Shown here: piece by piece, positions 11,166-22,969 of the stretch
Layout: each line of letters starts with the position of its first letter
Numbering within the stretch: position 1 is the first letter of the stretch
Origin: Malacoraja senta
Lineage: Eukaryota
Reading direction: 5' to 3'
NCBI GenBank assembly: GCA_038087875.1
Contig: JAXLNO010000104.1
Coordinates: 1-64,000 of the forward strand
DNA: 64,000 nt
Program-made: the position numbers and the translations under genes
Notes under the pieces: generated by a model
Told to the model about the DNA's origin: nothing
Seen by the model: the letters and a program-made list of their open reading frames with translations, nothing else
The model's database searches: none

Positions 11166-11726
11166 GAAACGCCACCTATCCACGTTCCCCACAGACGCCG
11201 CCCGACCCGCTGAGTTACTCCAGTACTCCGTGACCTTCCCAAGCTGCATGCTGCCCCCCGCGTGACTCAGCGCCAATGCCGACAGTCCCCCTTGGATTGG
11301 GGGTGACGTCAGGTCGGCGGTCGTGCGTCCAGTGCGTGCGGCAGATGTCACGGCGCAGGGCGGCTGGCCAGTGGACGTGCAGGCGGGCGGCTCGACGAGG
11401 CACCCGGACACAGCGCCGCAGGTCAGTGCGGCCTCCCTTCTCGAAGTTGCCTCCTCACCTCCCTCTCACCCCCTCCTCGCCCCCTCCCTCATCCCCCCCG
11501 CTTCCCTCCACCTTCCCCCACTCTCACCCCCCTGCCCTTCCCCCCTCACACCCTCCATGCCCCCTCCCTCATCCCCCTCTCATCCCCCCACAGCCCTCCC
11601 CACTATCACCACCGTGCCCACCCACTTCTCCCACTTACCTCCTCGCCCCCCCTCCCTCATCCCCTACACTCCCCTCCATCATCCCCCCGCTCCCCTCCCC
11701 ATCCCCCCTTCCCCTCCCTTCAAGCA

Positions 11727-13268
11727 CTAGTAATGTTCACGCGTTAGAAATAGTGGACGCATTGGTGATCATTTTCCAATGTTCAATAGATTCAGGATCA
11801 GTTCCTGTGGATTGCAGGATAGCTAATGTTATCCCACTTTTCAAAAAAGGAGCGAGAGAGAAAACGGGGAATTACAGACCAGTTAGCCTGACTTTGGTGG
11901 TGGGAAAGATGCTGGAGTCAATTATTAAAGAGGAAATAATAGGGCATTTGGATAGCAGTAAAAGGATTAGTCCGTCAACATGGATTTATGAAAGGGAAAT
12001 CATGCTTGACTAATCTTTAATTTTTTGAGGATGTGACAAGTAAAATGGATGAAGGGGTGACAGTGGATGTAATGTATCAAGACTTTCAGAAAGCCTTTGA
12101 TAAGATCCCGCACGGGAGACTGGTGACTAAAATTAGAGCACATGGTATTGGGGGTAGGGTGTTGACATGGAAAGAAAATTGGCTGGCAGACCGGAAGCAA
12201 AGAGTAGGAGTGAACGGGTCCTTTTCGTAATGCAGGCAGTGGCGAGTGGAGTGCTGCAAGGCTCGGTGTTGGGGCCGCAACTGTTTACCATATATATTAA
12301 TGATTTGGAAGAGGGAGTTAGGAGCAACACTAGCAAGTTTGGGGATGACACAAAGCTGGGTGGCAGTGTGAGCTGTGAAGAGGATGTTAGGAGGTTGCAG
12401 GGTGACCTGCACACGTTGTGTGAGTGGGCAGATGCGTGGCAGATGCAGTATAATATAGATAAATGTGAGGTTATCCACTTTGGTGCCAAAAACAAAGGGG
12501 CAGATTATTATCTCAATGGGATTAGGTTAGGTAAGGGGGAGGTGCAGCGAGACCTGGGTGTCCTTGTACACAGGTCACGGAAAGTTGGCTTACAGGTACA
12601 GCAGGCAGTGAAGAAAGCTAATGGAATGTTGGCCTTCATAACAAGAGGATTTCAGTATAGGAGTAAAGAGGTTCTTCTGCAGTCGTATAGGGCTCTGGTG
12701 AGACCACATCTGGAGTATTGTGTACAGTTTTGGTCTCCTAATTTGAGGAAGGACATCCTTGTGATTGAAGCAGTGCAGCGTAGGTTCACGAGATTGATCC
12801 CTGGGATGGTGGGACTGTTATACGAGGAAAGATTGAAAAGACTAGGCTTGTATTCACTGGAGTTTAGAAGGATGAGGGGGGATCTTATAGAAACATATAA
12901 AATTATAAAAGGACTGGACAAGCTAGATGCAAGAAAAATGTTCCCAATGTTGGGCGAGTCCAGAACCAGGGGCCACAGTCTTAGAATAAAGGGGAGGTCA
13001 TTTAAGACTGAGGTGAGAAAAAATCTTTTCACCCAGAGAGTTGTGAATTTATGGAATTCCCTGCCACAGAGGGCAGTGAAGGCCAAGTCACTGGATGGAC
13101 TTAAGAGAGAGTTAGCCAGAGCTCTAGGGGCTAGTGGAGTTGAGGGATATGGGGAGAAGGCAGGCACGGGTTATTGATAGGGAACGATCAGCCATGATCA
13201 CAATGAATGGCGGTGCTGGCTCGAAGGGCCGAATGGCCTCCTCCTGCACCTAGTTTCTATGTTTCTAT
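11727..13268 (+). mobile_element. 5'-truncated CR1 LINE (RT domain, disrupted)
   Basis: QGSVLGPQLFTIYINDL...KFGDDTKL...PHLEYCVQFWSP; frameshifts and stops; (ttctatgt)n tail. Confidence 0.95.
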
Positions 13269-13323
13269 GTTAGTAATGTCCTGTTTTGCCAGCTTGTTGA
13301 CCCTCTGTGTTCCCCTCCTGCAG

Positions 13324-13555
13324 GGTTTAGGAGCTGTTGCTGTGGACGGAGAGAAGGGGATGTGAGCGGCCATTGAGGGCGGCCAGGGTGCCGGAAAACC
13401 CCCATCTGCTCGGTGTGTGGGCTGACCTTCAAACGGCTGAGCTTCGATGGAAGACCACATGACGGGGAGAAGCGTTATGAGTGCGACGTGTGTGGCAATA
13501 CCTGGCAGAGCCCGAGCATCTGGAGACCCACCGGCGGGTGCACACGGGAGACATT
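13324..13555 (+). pseudogene. Degenerate C2H2 zinc-finger exon fragment, not PRDM9-type
   Basis: Acceptor ttcccctcctgcag at 13323. GEKRYECDVCGNTWQSPS and HLETHRRVHTG lie in different frames. Confidence 0.7.
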
Positions 13556-14794
13556 GAAATATATCTCAACATCCCTGGAAGAGATCATCCACAACACTCA
13601 AGAAGCTTGGCATTCTTCATTCAGAAGTACACTGCTTTCACCAGCCTGAAATGCACTGTTTACTATCTCCATAATGCACTGGAGTGTTTGTGGTAAGACT
13701 TCTTTCACAAAATATCCCAAACCTGTGGCCTCTACACCATAAAGGTTGAGGGCAATGGGTGCATGGGAGCACCACAACCTCCACGTTCTGCTCCATGTCA
13801 CACAAGGGGCAATTTGGAAAAGAACAGGAAATGCCAGCTCTGCCTGTGATGCCCTCGTTCTTTAGATCAATAAACAAATGTCTGAAAGATAATGTTTAGA
13901 ATTAAATGTTGCTGTATCTGTTCCTGCCCTCATTGTTATGTACACACACACTGGTCATTTGAAAATTGGAAAGGTCCCAAGACATAAACTCCTGCCTGAT
14001 ATATTAATGCCTTGCAAAGTCAAGGTGTGTCAACCTGTTAGATTTGTAATGCCACTTTTGATGAAATGAGCACACCCAGCAGACTTGTGATTAGTCCCAG
14101 ATTATTGGCAGCAGGATATGTACTGTTTTGCTTCTAATGACTATTTCCTCCTGGTGAGGTTCCTCACCAATATTCAAAAAGTCCCATCAGTGATCTCAAA
14201 TTGGAATAACTTTACAATCAATACCAACGCTTGATGTCATTCAGAAGGTGACCATGAATAACACAAACCCATAGACATTGGGGCCCAGTTATGCTTTTTA
14301 ATGTTGTACTTGTTACAGTCCTGAAATCATAGATTGGACAAAGGTCAATGTTCCCATTGATGAAGAGGTGGATTGTCCTGGTTGTTCATTATTCAATGCA
14401 TTTACCCAACCATGGCACAAAGTGTCACTGTCAGTACAGGCAGCAAGAATGAGCCATTACTTTAAACCTGGAGGAATAGAAAGGATTCTGATCTATTTCA
14501 CTTACCACACAGATGTGTGAAATTGAAAGATTGGTTATTGCGATTTCTGACCCGGAAATAGACACATACTCATCCGCTGATTATTCTTTAACTGAAAAAT
14601 AATTTAAAGGTTATTTGCTGTCTTCGTCAAGTAGTCATGATCAATTGAATAAGCATGAATAATCTGGAGGAATTTAATAACGATAACATTGCAAAGCAAT
14701 GTTTCTACAGATATTTTGCACTGGTAAGTTCAATGAAGATAAATACTTGAAGTTGTGGCCATAACAGATGATGAGCATGTTTTATCTTTCACAG

Positions 14795-14917
14795 GATTAG
14801 ATGTACCAAAGCCAGAATTTATGACCAATCGGAGCAGAAGGTGTCCAACCCAAGTATATGAATCCAGCGAGTCAGATGAGGATTGGACACCTAAACTTCT
14901 GACAAAAAATCCACAAC
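14795..14917 (+). pseudogene. PRDM9: PRDM9 exon following KRAB-A
   Basis: After tctttcacag: GLDVPKPEFMTNRSRRCPTQVYESSESDEDWTPKLL (human GLRATRPAFM...DSDEEWTP). The expected donor reads ataatt instead of gtaatt. Confidence 0.85.
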
Positions 14918-15220
14918 ATAATTTAAATCTGTTTGAAATATTAAATGCAGTTTTTCAAATATAATTGATTCAAATCAATTTGGCCATTAGCCTATGGAAT
15001 CTGTTGCAAGGGTGATTATATTCTTATCTTTGGAGTGGTGGAATATTTGTTAAATTGAATATAATTTTCCAAATGAGTTATTCATTAAGTACAAATTTAC
15101 TTTTACTAATTTTTACTTTTGTGATATTTTGCTTATTTTAAATTCAATTGCATTAGATATATCCAGAATTTCCAAACTATTGCTCCAAAGCAACACTGAT
15201 GTGTCACTCCCCCCCCCAAG

Positions 15221-15291
15221 GATTCAGAATCTTTAGGCCTCCTTTTAAGAATGAAAATGGCAAGAATACCAAAAGAAAGCTTGTCATAAAG
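15221..15291 (+). pseudogene. PRDM9: PRDM9 linker exon
   Basis: ccccaag / gtaaga boundaries; RFRIFRPPFKNENGKNTKRKLVIK; phases 1 to 0 fit the neighbouring exons. Confidence 0.65.
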
Positions 15292-15708
15292 GTAAGAACA
15301 GAAATTATTCCCAGCATAAAGGAGAAGTGAGAATACGCTTTTATGAATTAACAGTGGTTCTACATTAGCATTTTATTTTCTAAAAATCAGAAATGACAGC
15401 TGTTTAGAAAAATCATCATCACTGCTGTGGAGTCAGGTGCTAACATTCGCAAATATATTTTTATTGTTGAAAGAGACAATTGTTCCCACATTTTCCCATA
15501 TTTGCTGACAATATCAAACTTCATTTCAGAATAGAGTATGAAAGGTGAGAGCTCAATGAAATATTGCACACTAGGCAGTTACTGCTTTTATAACTAGTTG
15601 AGTTGAGTATCCCAGTTAATAATGCGATGGAAGAAATAATCGAGAAGAGTAGAAACAATATATTTGTGTCCTTAAGAATCACAGTTTCAACAAAATGTCT
15701 CATCACAG

Positions 15709-15808
15709 GTCACGTCATATACAGGGGAGGACAAAAGAGATTTGGGAGGAGCCACTGAAGAAACAAAGGAAGACACAGTGTTGGTGAAAAGAATCAAAAG
15801 AGCAACAG
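15709..15808 (+). pseudogene. PRDM9: Probable PRDM9 linker exon
   Basis: cacag / gtaatt boundaries; open frame VTSYTGEDKRDLGGATEETKEDTVLVKRIKRAT; the acceptor position is uncertain. Confidence 0.55.
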
Positions 15809-16029
15809 GTAATTATGTTTGTAAAAGTGAAACTCAAAATGAGTGACTCCAGTGCATTACAGTAAATAATTGAGATGAGATAATGACCATCTGACTACCA
15901 CCATGTCATTTAAATTCAATTCATAGAACATGTTGCATATTATGTAACTAACTTCCATATTTTACAGGTCAACCACTTATCTGACTTGAAACAATGTAAT
16001 TAGGTTTATTTTGGGCTTTCTTTTTTCAG

Positions 16030-16165
16030 TTGTCTCCACCAGAAAGACTTCGGGATCCACAAGCGAGGAAATGACCAGAGACAGAAAAATTAAGTTAGAA
16101 TTTACGAAATAAGGAGAGAATAATTTACACAGAAGAAGGGGAGCTCCGTGATGATGATTACCTTT
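16030..16165 (+). pseudogene. PRDM9: PRDM9 SSXRD exon (frameshifted)
   Basis: ttttttcag / gtatgt boundaries; NLRNKERIIYTEEGELRDDDYL (human YSLRERK...EPQDDDYL). Length 136 nt is 1 nt off frame. Confidence 0.88.
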
Positions 16166-16895
16166 GTATGTCCAAAGTAATCAATCTATTTCTTCAGAGT
16201 AACCATATTTCATTAGGAGCATTGTAGTGATGGCACGGTGCATTGGTAGCCAGGGCAATGGTGGAACAATGCTGGCTTTGGTTCAAGAGCACAGATTTGT
16301 GTTCGCTCATCAACTAATTTTTCTTTTAACATTAATCACAATTACTTTAATAATTGTTGTTAACTTCTGGAATTTTGCAGACATTGGAATCTGACATTGA
16401 TTCCCCAGTAAACTGACAGTGACTGTTTGAAGAAAGTGTGGTTCATGCCCAATTTAGCTAAGGCACTTTGCTGGATACTTTGGGACATTATAAAGGATGT
16501 GAAAGTAAGAGAGTATTGCTTTGAGGATTATTAATATAGGGCTATGCTCAGAATGACCAAAGTATCACCAAAAATATTAATCAAATTGTTGTAGACAAAC
16601 ATGTTGGAGAAAGTCAGCAGATGAAGCAGCATCTATGGAGCGAAGGAATATGTGACGTTTCGGGTTGAGACCCTTCTTCAGACTGATGTGGGGGTGGGGT
16701 GGGGGGGCGGGAAGAAGAAAGAAAGAGGCGGAGACGGTGGGCTGTGGGAGACCTAGGAAGCGGAGGGGAAAGAGGGAGAAAGCAAGGACTTCCTGAAATT
16801 GGAGGTCAATATCTGTACCGCTGAGGCGTAAATTACCCCAGCGAAATATGAGGTGCTGTTCCTCCAATTTGCGGTGGGACTCACTCTGGCCATGG

Positions 16896-19800
16896 ATACA
16901 TAGATACATAGAAAATAGGTGCAGGAGTAGGCCATTCGGCCCTTCGAGCCTGCACCGCCATTCAATATGATCATGGCTGATCATCCAACTCAGTATCCCG
17001 TACCTACCTTCTCTCCATACCCCCTGATCCCTTTAGCCACAAGGGCCACATCTAACTCCCTCTTAAATATAGCCAATGAACTGGCCTCAACTACCCTCTG
17101 TGGCAGAGAGTTCCAGAGATTCACCACTCTCTGTGTGAAAAAGTTTTTCCTCATCTCGGTCTTAAAGGATTTCCCCCTTATCCTTAAGCTGTGACCCCTT
17201 GTCCTGGACTTCCCCAACATCGGGAACAATCTTCCTGCATCTAGCCTGTCCAACCCCATAAGAATTTTGTACGTTTCTATAAGATCCCCTCTCAATCTCC
17301 TAAATTCTAGCGAGTATAAGACAAGTCTATCCAGTCTTTCTTCATATGAAAGTCCTGACATCCCAGGAATCAGTCTGGTGAACCTTCTTTGCACTCCCTC
17401 TATGGCTATAATGTCCTTCCTCAGATTTGGAGACCAAAACTGTACGCAATACTCCAGGTGTGGTCTCTCCAAGACCCTGTACAACTGCAGTAGAACCTCC
17501 CTGCTCCTATACTCAAATCCTCTTGATATGAGGGCCAACATACCATTCGCTTTCTTCACTGCCTGCTGCACCTGCATGCCTACTTTCAATGACTGGTGTA
17601 CCATGACACCCAGGTCTCGCTGCATCTCCCCATTTCCTAATCGGCCACCATTTAGATAATAGTCTGCCTTCCCGTTTTTGCCACCAAAGTGGATAACCTC
17701 ACATTTATCCACATTATACTGCATCTGCCAAACATTTGCCCACTCACCCAGCCTATCCAAGTCACCTTGCAGTCTCCTAGCATCCTCCTCACAGCTAACA
17801 CTGCCCCCCAGCTTAGTGTCATCCGCAAACTTGGAGATGTTGCTTTCAATTCCCTCGTCCAGATCATTAATATAAATTGTAAATAGCTGGGGTCCCAGCA
17901 CTGAGCCTTGCGGTACCCCACTAGTCACTGCCTGCCATTGTGAAAAGGACCCGTTTACTCCTACTCTTTGCTTCCTGTTTGCCAGCCAGTTCTCTATCCA
18001 CATCAATACTGAACCCCCAATACCGTGTGATTTAAGTTTGTATCCTAATCTCTTATGTGGTACCTTGTCCAAAGCCTTCTGAAAGTCCAGATACAACACA
18101 TCCACTGGTTCTCCCCTATCCACTCTACTAGTTACATCCTCGAAAAATTCTATAGGATTCGTCAGACACGATTTACCTTTCGTAAATCCATGCTGACTTT
18201 GTCCAATGATTTCACCACTTTCCAAATGTGCTGCTATCCCATCTTTAATAACTGACTCTAGCAGTTTCCCCACTACCGATGTTAGACTAACTGGTCTGTA
18301 ATTCCCCGTTTTCTCTCTCCCTCCCTTCTTAAAAAGTGGGGTTACGTTTGCTACCCTCCAATCCTCAGGAACTACTCCAGAATCTAAAGAGTTTTGAAAA
18401 ATTATCACTAATGCATCCACTATTTCTGGAGCTACTTCCTTAAGTACTCTGGGATGTAGCCTATCTGGCCCTGGTGATTTATCGGCCTTTAATCCATTCA
18501 ATTTACCCAACACCACTTCCCGACTAACCTGGATTTCACTCAGTTCCTCCTGCTATTTCCGGCAGATTATTTATGTCTTCCTTAGTGAAGACGGAACCAA
18601 AGTAGTTATTCAATTGGGCCGCCATATCCTTGTTCCCCATGATCAATTCACCTGTTTCTGACTGCAAGGGACCTACATTTGTTTTAACTAATCTCTTTCT
18701 CTTCACATATCTATAAAAACTTTTGCAGTCAGTTTTTATGTTCCCTGCCAGTTTCCTTTCATAATCTATTTTCCCTTTCCTAATTAAGCCCTTTGTCCTC
18801 CTCTGCTTGTCTCTGAATTTCTCCCAGTCCTCTGGTATGCTGCTTTTTCTGGCTAATTTGTACGCATCATCTTTTGCTTTGATACTATCACTGATTTCCC
18901 TTGTTATCCACGGATGCATTACCTTCCCTGATTTATTCTTTTGCCAAACTGGGATGAACAATTTTTGTAGTTCATCCATGCAGTCTTTAAATGCCTTCCA
19001 TTGCATATCCACCGTCAACCCTTTTAGAACTAATTGCCAGTCAATCGTAGCCAATTCACGTCTCATACCCTCAAAGTTACCTTTCTTTAAGTTCAGAACC
19101 GTTGTTTCTGAATTAACAATGTCACTCTCCATCCTAATGAAGAACTCAACCATATTATGCTCACTCTTGCCCAAGGGGGCACGCACAACAAGACTGCTAA
19201 CTAACCCTTCGTCATTACTCAATACCCAGTCTAGAATAGCCTGCTCTCTCGTTGGTTCCTCTACATGTTGGTTTAGATAACTATCCCTCATACATTCCAA
19301 GAAATCCTCTTCCTCAGCACCCCTGCCAATTTGATTCACCCAATCTATATGTAGATTGAAGTCACCCATTATAACTGTTTTCCCTTTGTTGCACGCATTT
19401 CTAATTTGCTGTTTGATGCCATCCCCAACTTCACTACTACTGCTAGGTGGCCTGTACACAACACCCACCAGCGTTTTCTGCCCCTTAGTGTTTCGCAGCT
19501 CTACCTATACCGATTCCACATCCTCCAAGCTAATGTCCTTCCTTTCCACTGCGTTAATCTCCTCTCTAACCAGCAACGCTACCCCACCTCCTTTTCCTTT
19601 CTCTCTATCCCTCCTGAATATTGAATATACCTGGATGTTCAGCTCCCAGCCTTGGTCACCCTGGAGCCATGTCTCCGTGATCCCAACTATATCATAATCA
19701 TTAATTGCTATCTGCACGTTCAACTCATCCACCTTATTACGAATGCTCCTTGCATTGAGACACAAAGCCTTCAGGCTTGTTTTTACAACGCTCTTACCCC

Positions 19801-20327
19801 TTATACAATTATGTTGAAAAGTGGCTCTTTTTGTTTTTGCCCTGGATTTGTCTGCCTGCCACTTTTACTTTTCACCTTGCTACCTAATGCTTCCGCCCGC
19901 ATTTTACACCCTCTGTTTCTCTGCTCACCTATTTAAGAACCCCACCACCTCTTATTCTCTGTTTATTATTGTTTTCTTCTTTCCCCCCTACATGTTGTGT
20001 CTGAGTGCTTTCCTTCTCTGCCTCCTGCCTCACACACTGTCTAATAGCATTCTCTATTTGAGTCCCTCCCCCCAACCATTCTAGTTTAACGTCTCCCCAG
20101 TAGCCTTTGCAGATCTCCCCGCCAGGATATCGGTCCCCCTCAGGTTCAAGTGCAACCCATCCTTTTTGTACAGGTCGAACCTTCCACAAAAGAGGTCCCA
20201 ATGATCCAGAAATTTGAATCCATGCCTTCTGCACCAGTCCTTCAGCCACGCATTTATCCTCCCCCTCGCTCCATCCCTAATCTCACTGTCGCGTAGCACA
20301 GGCAGTAATCCCGAGATTGTTACCTTG
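16896..20327 (-). mobile_element. CR1 LINE, near full length (ORF1 esterase C-terminus, APE, RT)
   Basis: SGNH-like ORF1 end (ISGLLP...DGLHLN); CLNARSIRNK/GITETW/MGDFN endonuclease; 508-aa RT ORF with FADD; a small deletion near 18550. Confidence 0.95.
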
Positions 20328-21576
20328 GAGGAGGCCCAGGACAGAAAGGTCAGATTCGGAATGGGAGGGGGAGTTGAAGTGCTGAGCCACCGGGAGATCA
20401 GATTGGTTATTGCGAACTGAGCAGAGGTGTTGGGCGAAGCGATCGCCAAGCCTACGCTTGGTCTCACCGATGTAGAGCAGCTGACACCTAGAGCAGCGGA
20501 TGCAAGAGATGAGGTTGGATGAGGTGCAGGTGAACCTCTGCTGCACCTGGAAAAACTGCTTAGGTCCTTGGATGGAGTCAAGTGGGGAGGTAAAGTGACA
20601 AGTGTAGCATTTCCTGCGGTTGCAAGGGAAAGTACCAGGGGAGGGGGTGGTTTGGGTGGAAAGGGACGAATTGACCAGGGAGTTACGGAGGGAGCGGTCT
20701 CTGCCGAAAACTGAAAGGGGAGGGGATGGGAAGATGTGGCAAGTGGTGGGATCCCGTTGGAGGTTGCGCAAATGTCAGAAGATTATCTGTTGTATGTGAT
20801 GGCTGGTGGGGTGGAAGGTGAGGACAAGGGGGACTCTGTCCTTGTTACAAGTGGGGGGATGGGGAGTGAGAGCAGAGTTACGGGGTATAGAAGAGACCCT
20901 GGTGAGAGCCTCATCTATAGTCGAAGAGGGGATCCCTGTTCCCTAAAGAATGAGGACATCTCCCATGCCCTGGTTTGGAACACCTCATCCTGGGTGCAGA
21001 TGCGGAGTAAACGGAGGAATTGGGGGTAGGGGATAGAGTCCTTACAGGAAGCAGGGTGGGAAGAAGTGTAGTGCAGATAGCCATGGGAGTCAGTGGGTTT
21101 ATAGTAGATGTCGGACAGTAGTTTGTTAACGGCGATGGAGATAGTGAGGTCTAGAAACGGTAAGGAGATGTCGGAAATGGTCCAGGTGAATTTGAGTGCT
21201 GGATGGAAGTTAGTGGTGAAATGGATGAAGTCACTGAGTTGTGCATGGGTGCAGGAGGTAGCACCAATGCAGTCATCAATGTAGCGGAGGTAGAGTTCGG
21301 GGATAGGGCCACGGTACGCCTCAAACAAGGATTGATCAATGTACTCTACAAAGAGGCAGGCATAGCTGTGGCCCATGTGCATGCCCATAGCTACGCCTTG
21401 GATTTGTAGGAAATGGGAGGAGTCAAAGGAAAAGTTGTTGAGGGTAAGGACCAGCTCCGCTAGGCAGAGGAAAGTATCAGTAGACGGTGATTGGTTGGTT
21501 CTGTGGTCGAGGAAGAAACGGAGGGCTTTAAGACCCTCCTGGTGGGGGATGTAGGTGTCGAGTGACTGAACATCCA

Positions 21577-22161
21577 GAGAAACATAGAAAATAGGTACAG
21601 GAGGAGGCCATTCGGCCCTTCGAGCCAGCACCGCCATTCATTGCGATCATGGCTGATCGTCCCCAATCAATAACCCATGCCTGCCTTCTCCCCATATCCC
21701 TTGATTCCACTAGCCCCTAGAGCTCTATCTAACTCTCTCTTAAATCCATCCAGTGACTTGACCTCCACTGCCCTCTGTGGCAGGGAATTCCATAAATTCA
21801 CAACTCTCTGGGTGAAAAGGTTTTTTCTCACCTCAGTCTTAAATGGCCTCCCCTTTATTCTGTGGCCCCTGGTTCTGGACTCGCCCAACATTGGGAACAT
21901 TTTTCCTGCATCAAGTTTGTCCAGTCCTTTTATAATTTTATATGTTTCTATAAGATATCCTCTCATCCTTCTAAACTCCAGTGAATACAAACCTAGTCTT
22001 TTCAATCTTTCCTCATATGGCAGTCCCGCCATCCCAGGGATAAATCTCGTGAACCTACGCTGCACTGCCTGAATCACAAGGATGTTCTTCCTCAAATTAG
22101 GAGACCAAAACTGTACGCAATACTCCAGATGTGGTCTTACCAGAGCCATATACAACTGCAG
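21577..22161 (-). mobile_element. CR1 3' fragment inserted in Penelope
   Basis: [21 protein letters not shown]...GYGEKAGMGY plus the 3' tail. Confidence 0.92.
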
Positions 22162-22969
22162 ATAGTGAAGATGAGGGAATGGGGGCTGGAAAATGGAAGC
22201 CATGGAGGAGACGAAGAGCGTGTGAGGTGTCTTGGACATAGGTAGGGAGTGATTTGACCAGGGGGGATAGGATGGAGTCGAGGTATGTGGGACACGAACA
22301 GGCAGAAACAATGGGTCTGCCAGGACAGTCAGGTTTGTGGATTTTATGGAGAAGGTAAAATTGGACCATGCGGGGCTGGGGAAAGATGAGGTTGGAGGCT
22401 TGGGAGGGCAGGGAGCCGGAAGTGATGAAGCCAGTCATAGTGTTTGAGATAATGGCCTGGTGCTGGTCTGTGGGGTCATGGTCCAAGAATAAGTAGGAGG
22501 AGGTGTCTGAGAGTTGGCGCCTGGCCTCAGCCTTGTAGAGATCAGTGCGCCAGATTACCACGGCACCTCCCTTGTCGGCAGGTTTGATCACCCAGTCTGG
22601 GTTGTTGCAGAGTGAGTGGAGGGCTGTACGTTCAGGGGGAAGAGGTTTGAATGAGACAGGGGAGTGGAGATGTTGAGGCAGTTGATGTCCCGCCAGCAGT
22701 TTAAAATAAAAAAGTCTAAAGCGGGAGAATAGCCATGAGGGGCGGTCCAAGAGGAGGGGGTCCGTTGGGGTCAGGAGAAGGGGTCATCACTAGGGGGTGA
22801 GGACTCCTTCCCATGGAAAAATGCTTGGATGTGGGCGACGGAAGAAGAACTCCACATCGTGGCGGGCGCGGAACTCATTGAGGTGGGGATGGAGGGGAAC
22901 AAAGGTGAAGCCTCTGCTGAGGACAGACCGTTCGGTATCAGAGGGGGAGGTCAGGGGGGATGGTGAACA

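Noticed and set aside
11276..12013. 245-aa proline-rich ORF
   Set aside because: A C-rich low-complexity tract read into a CR1 fragment.
20081..20581. Apparent novel esterase fusion protein
   Set aside because: Chance junction of an off-frame Penelope segment with the known SGNH esterase end of CR1 ORF1.
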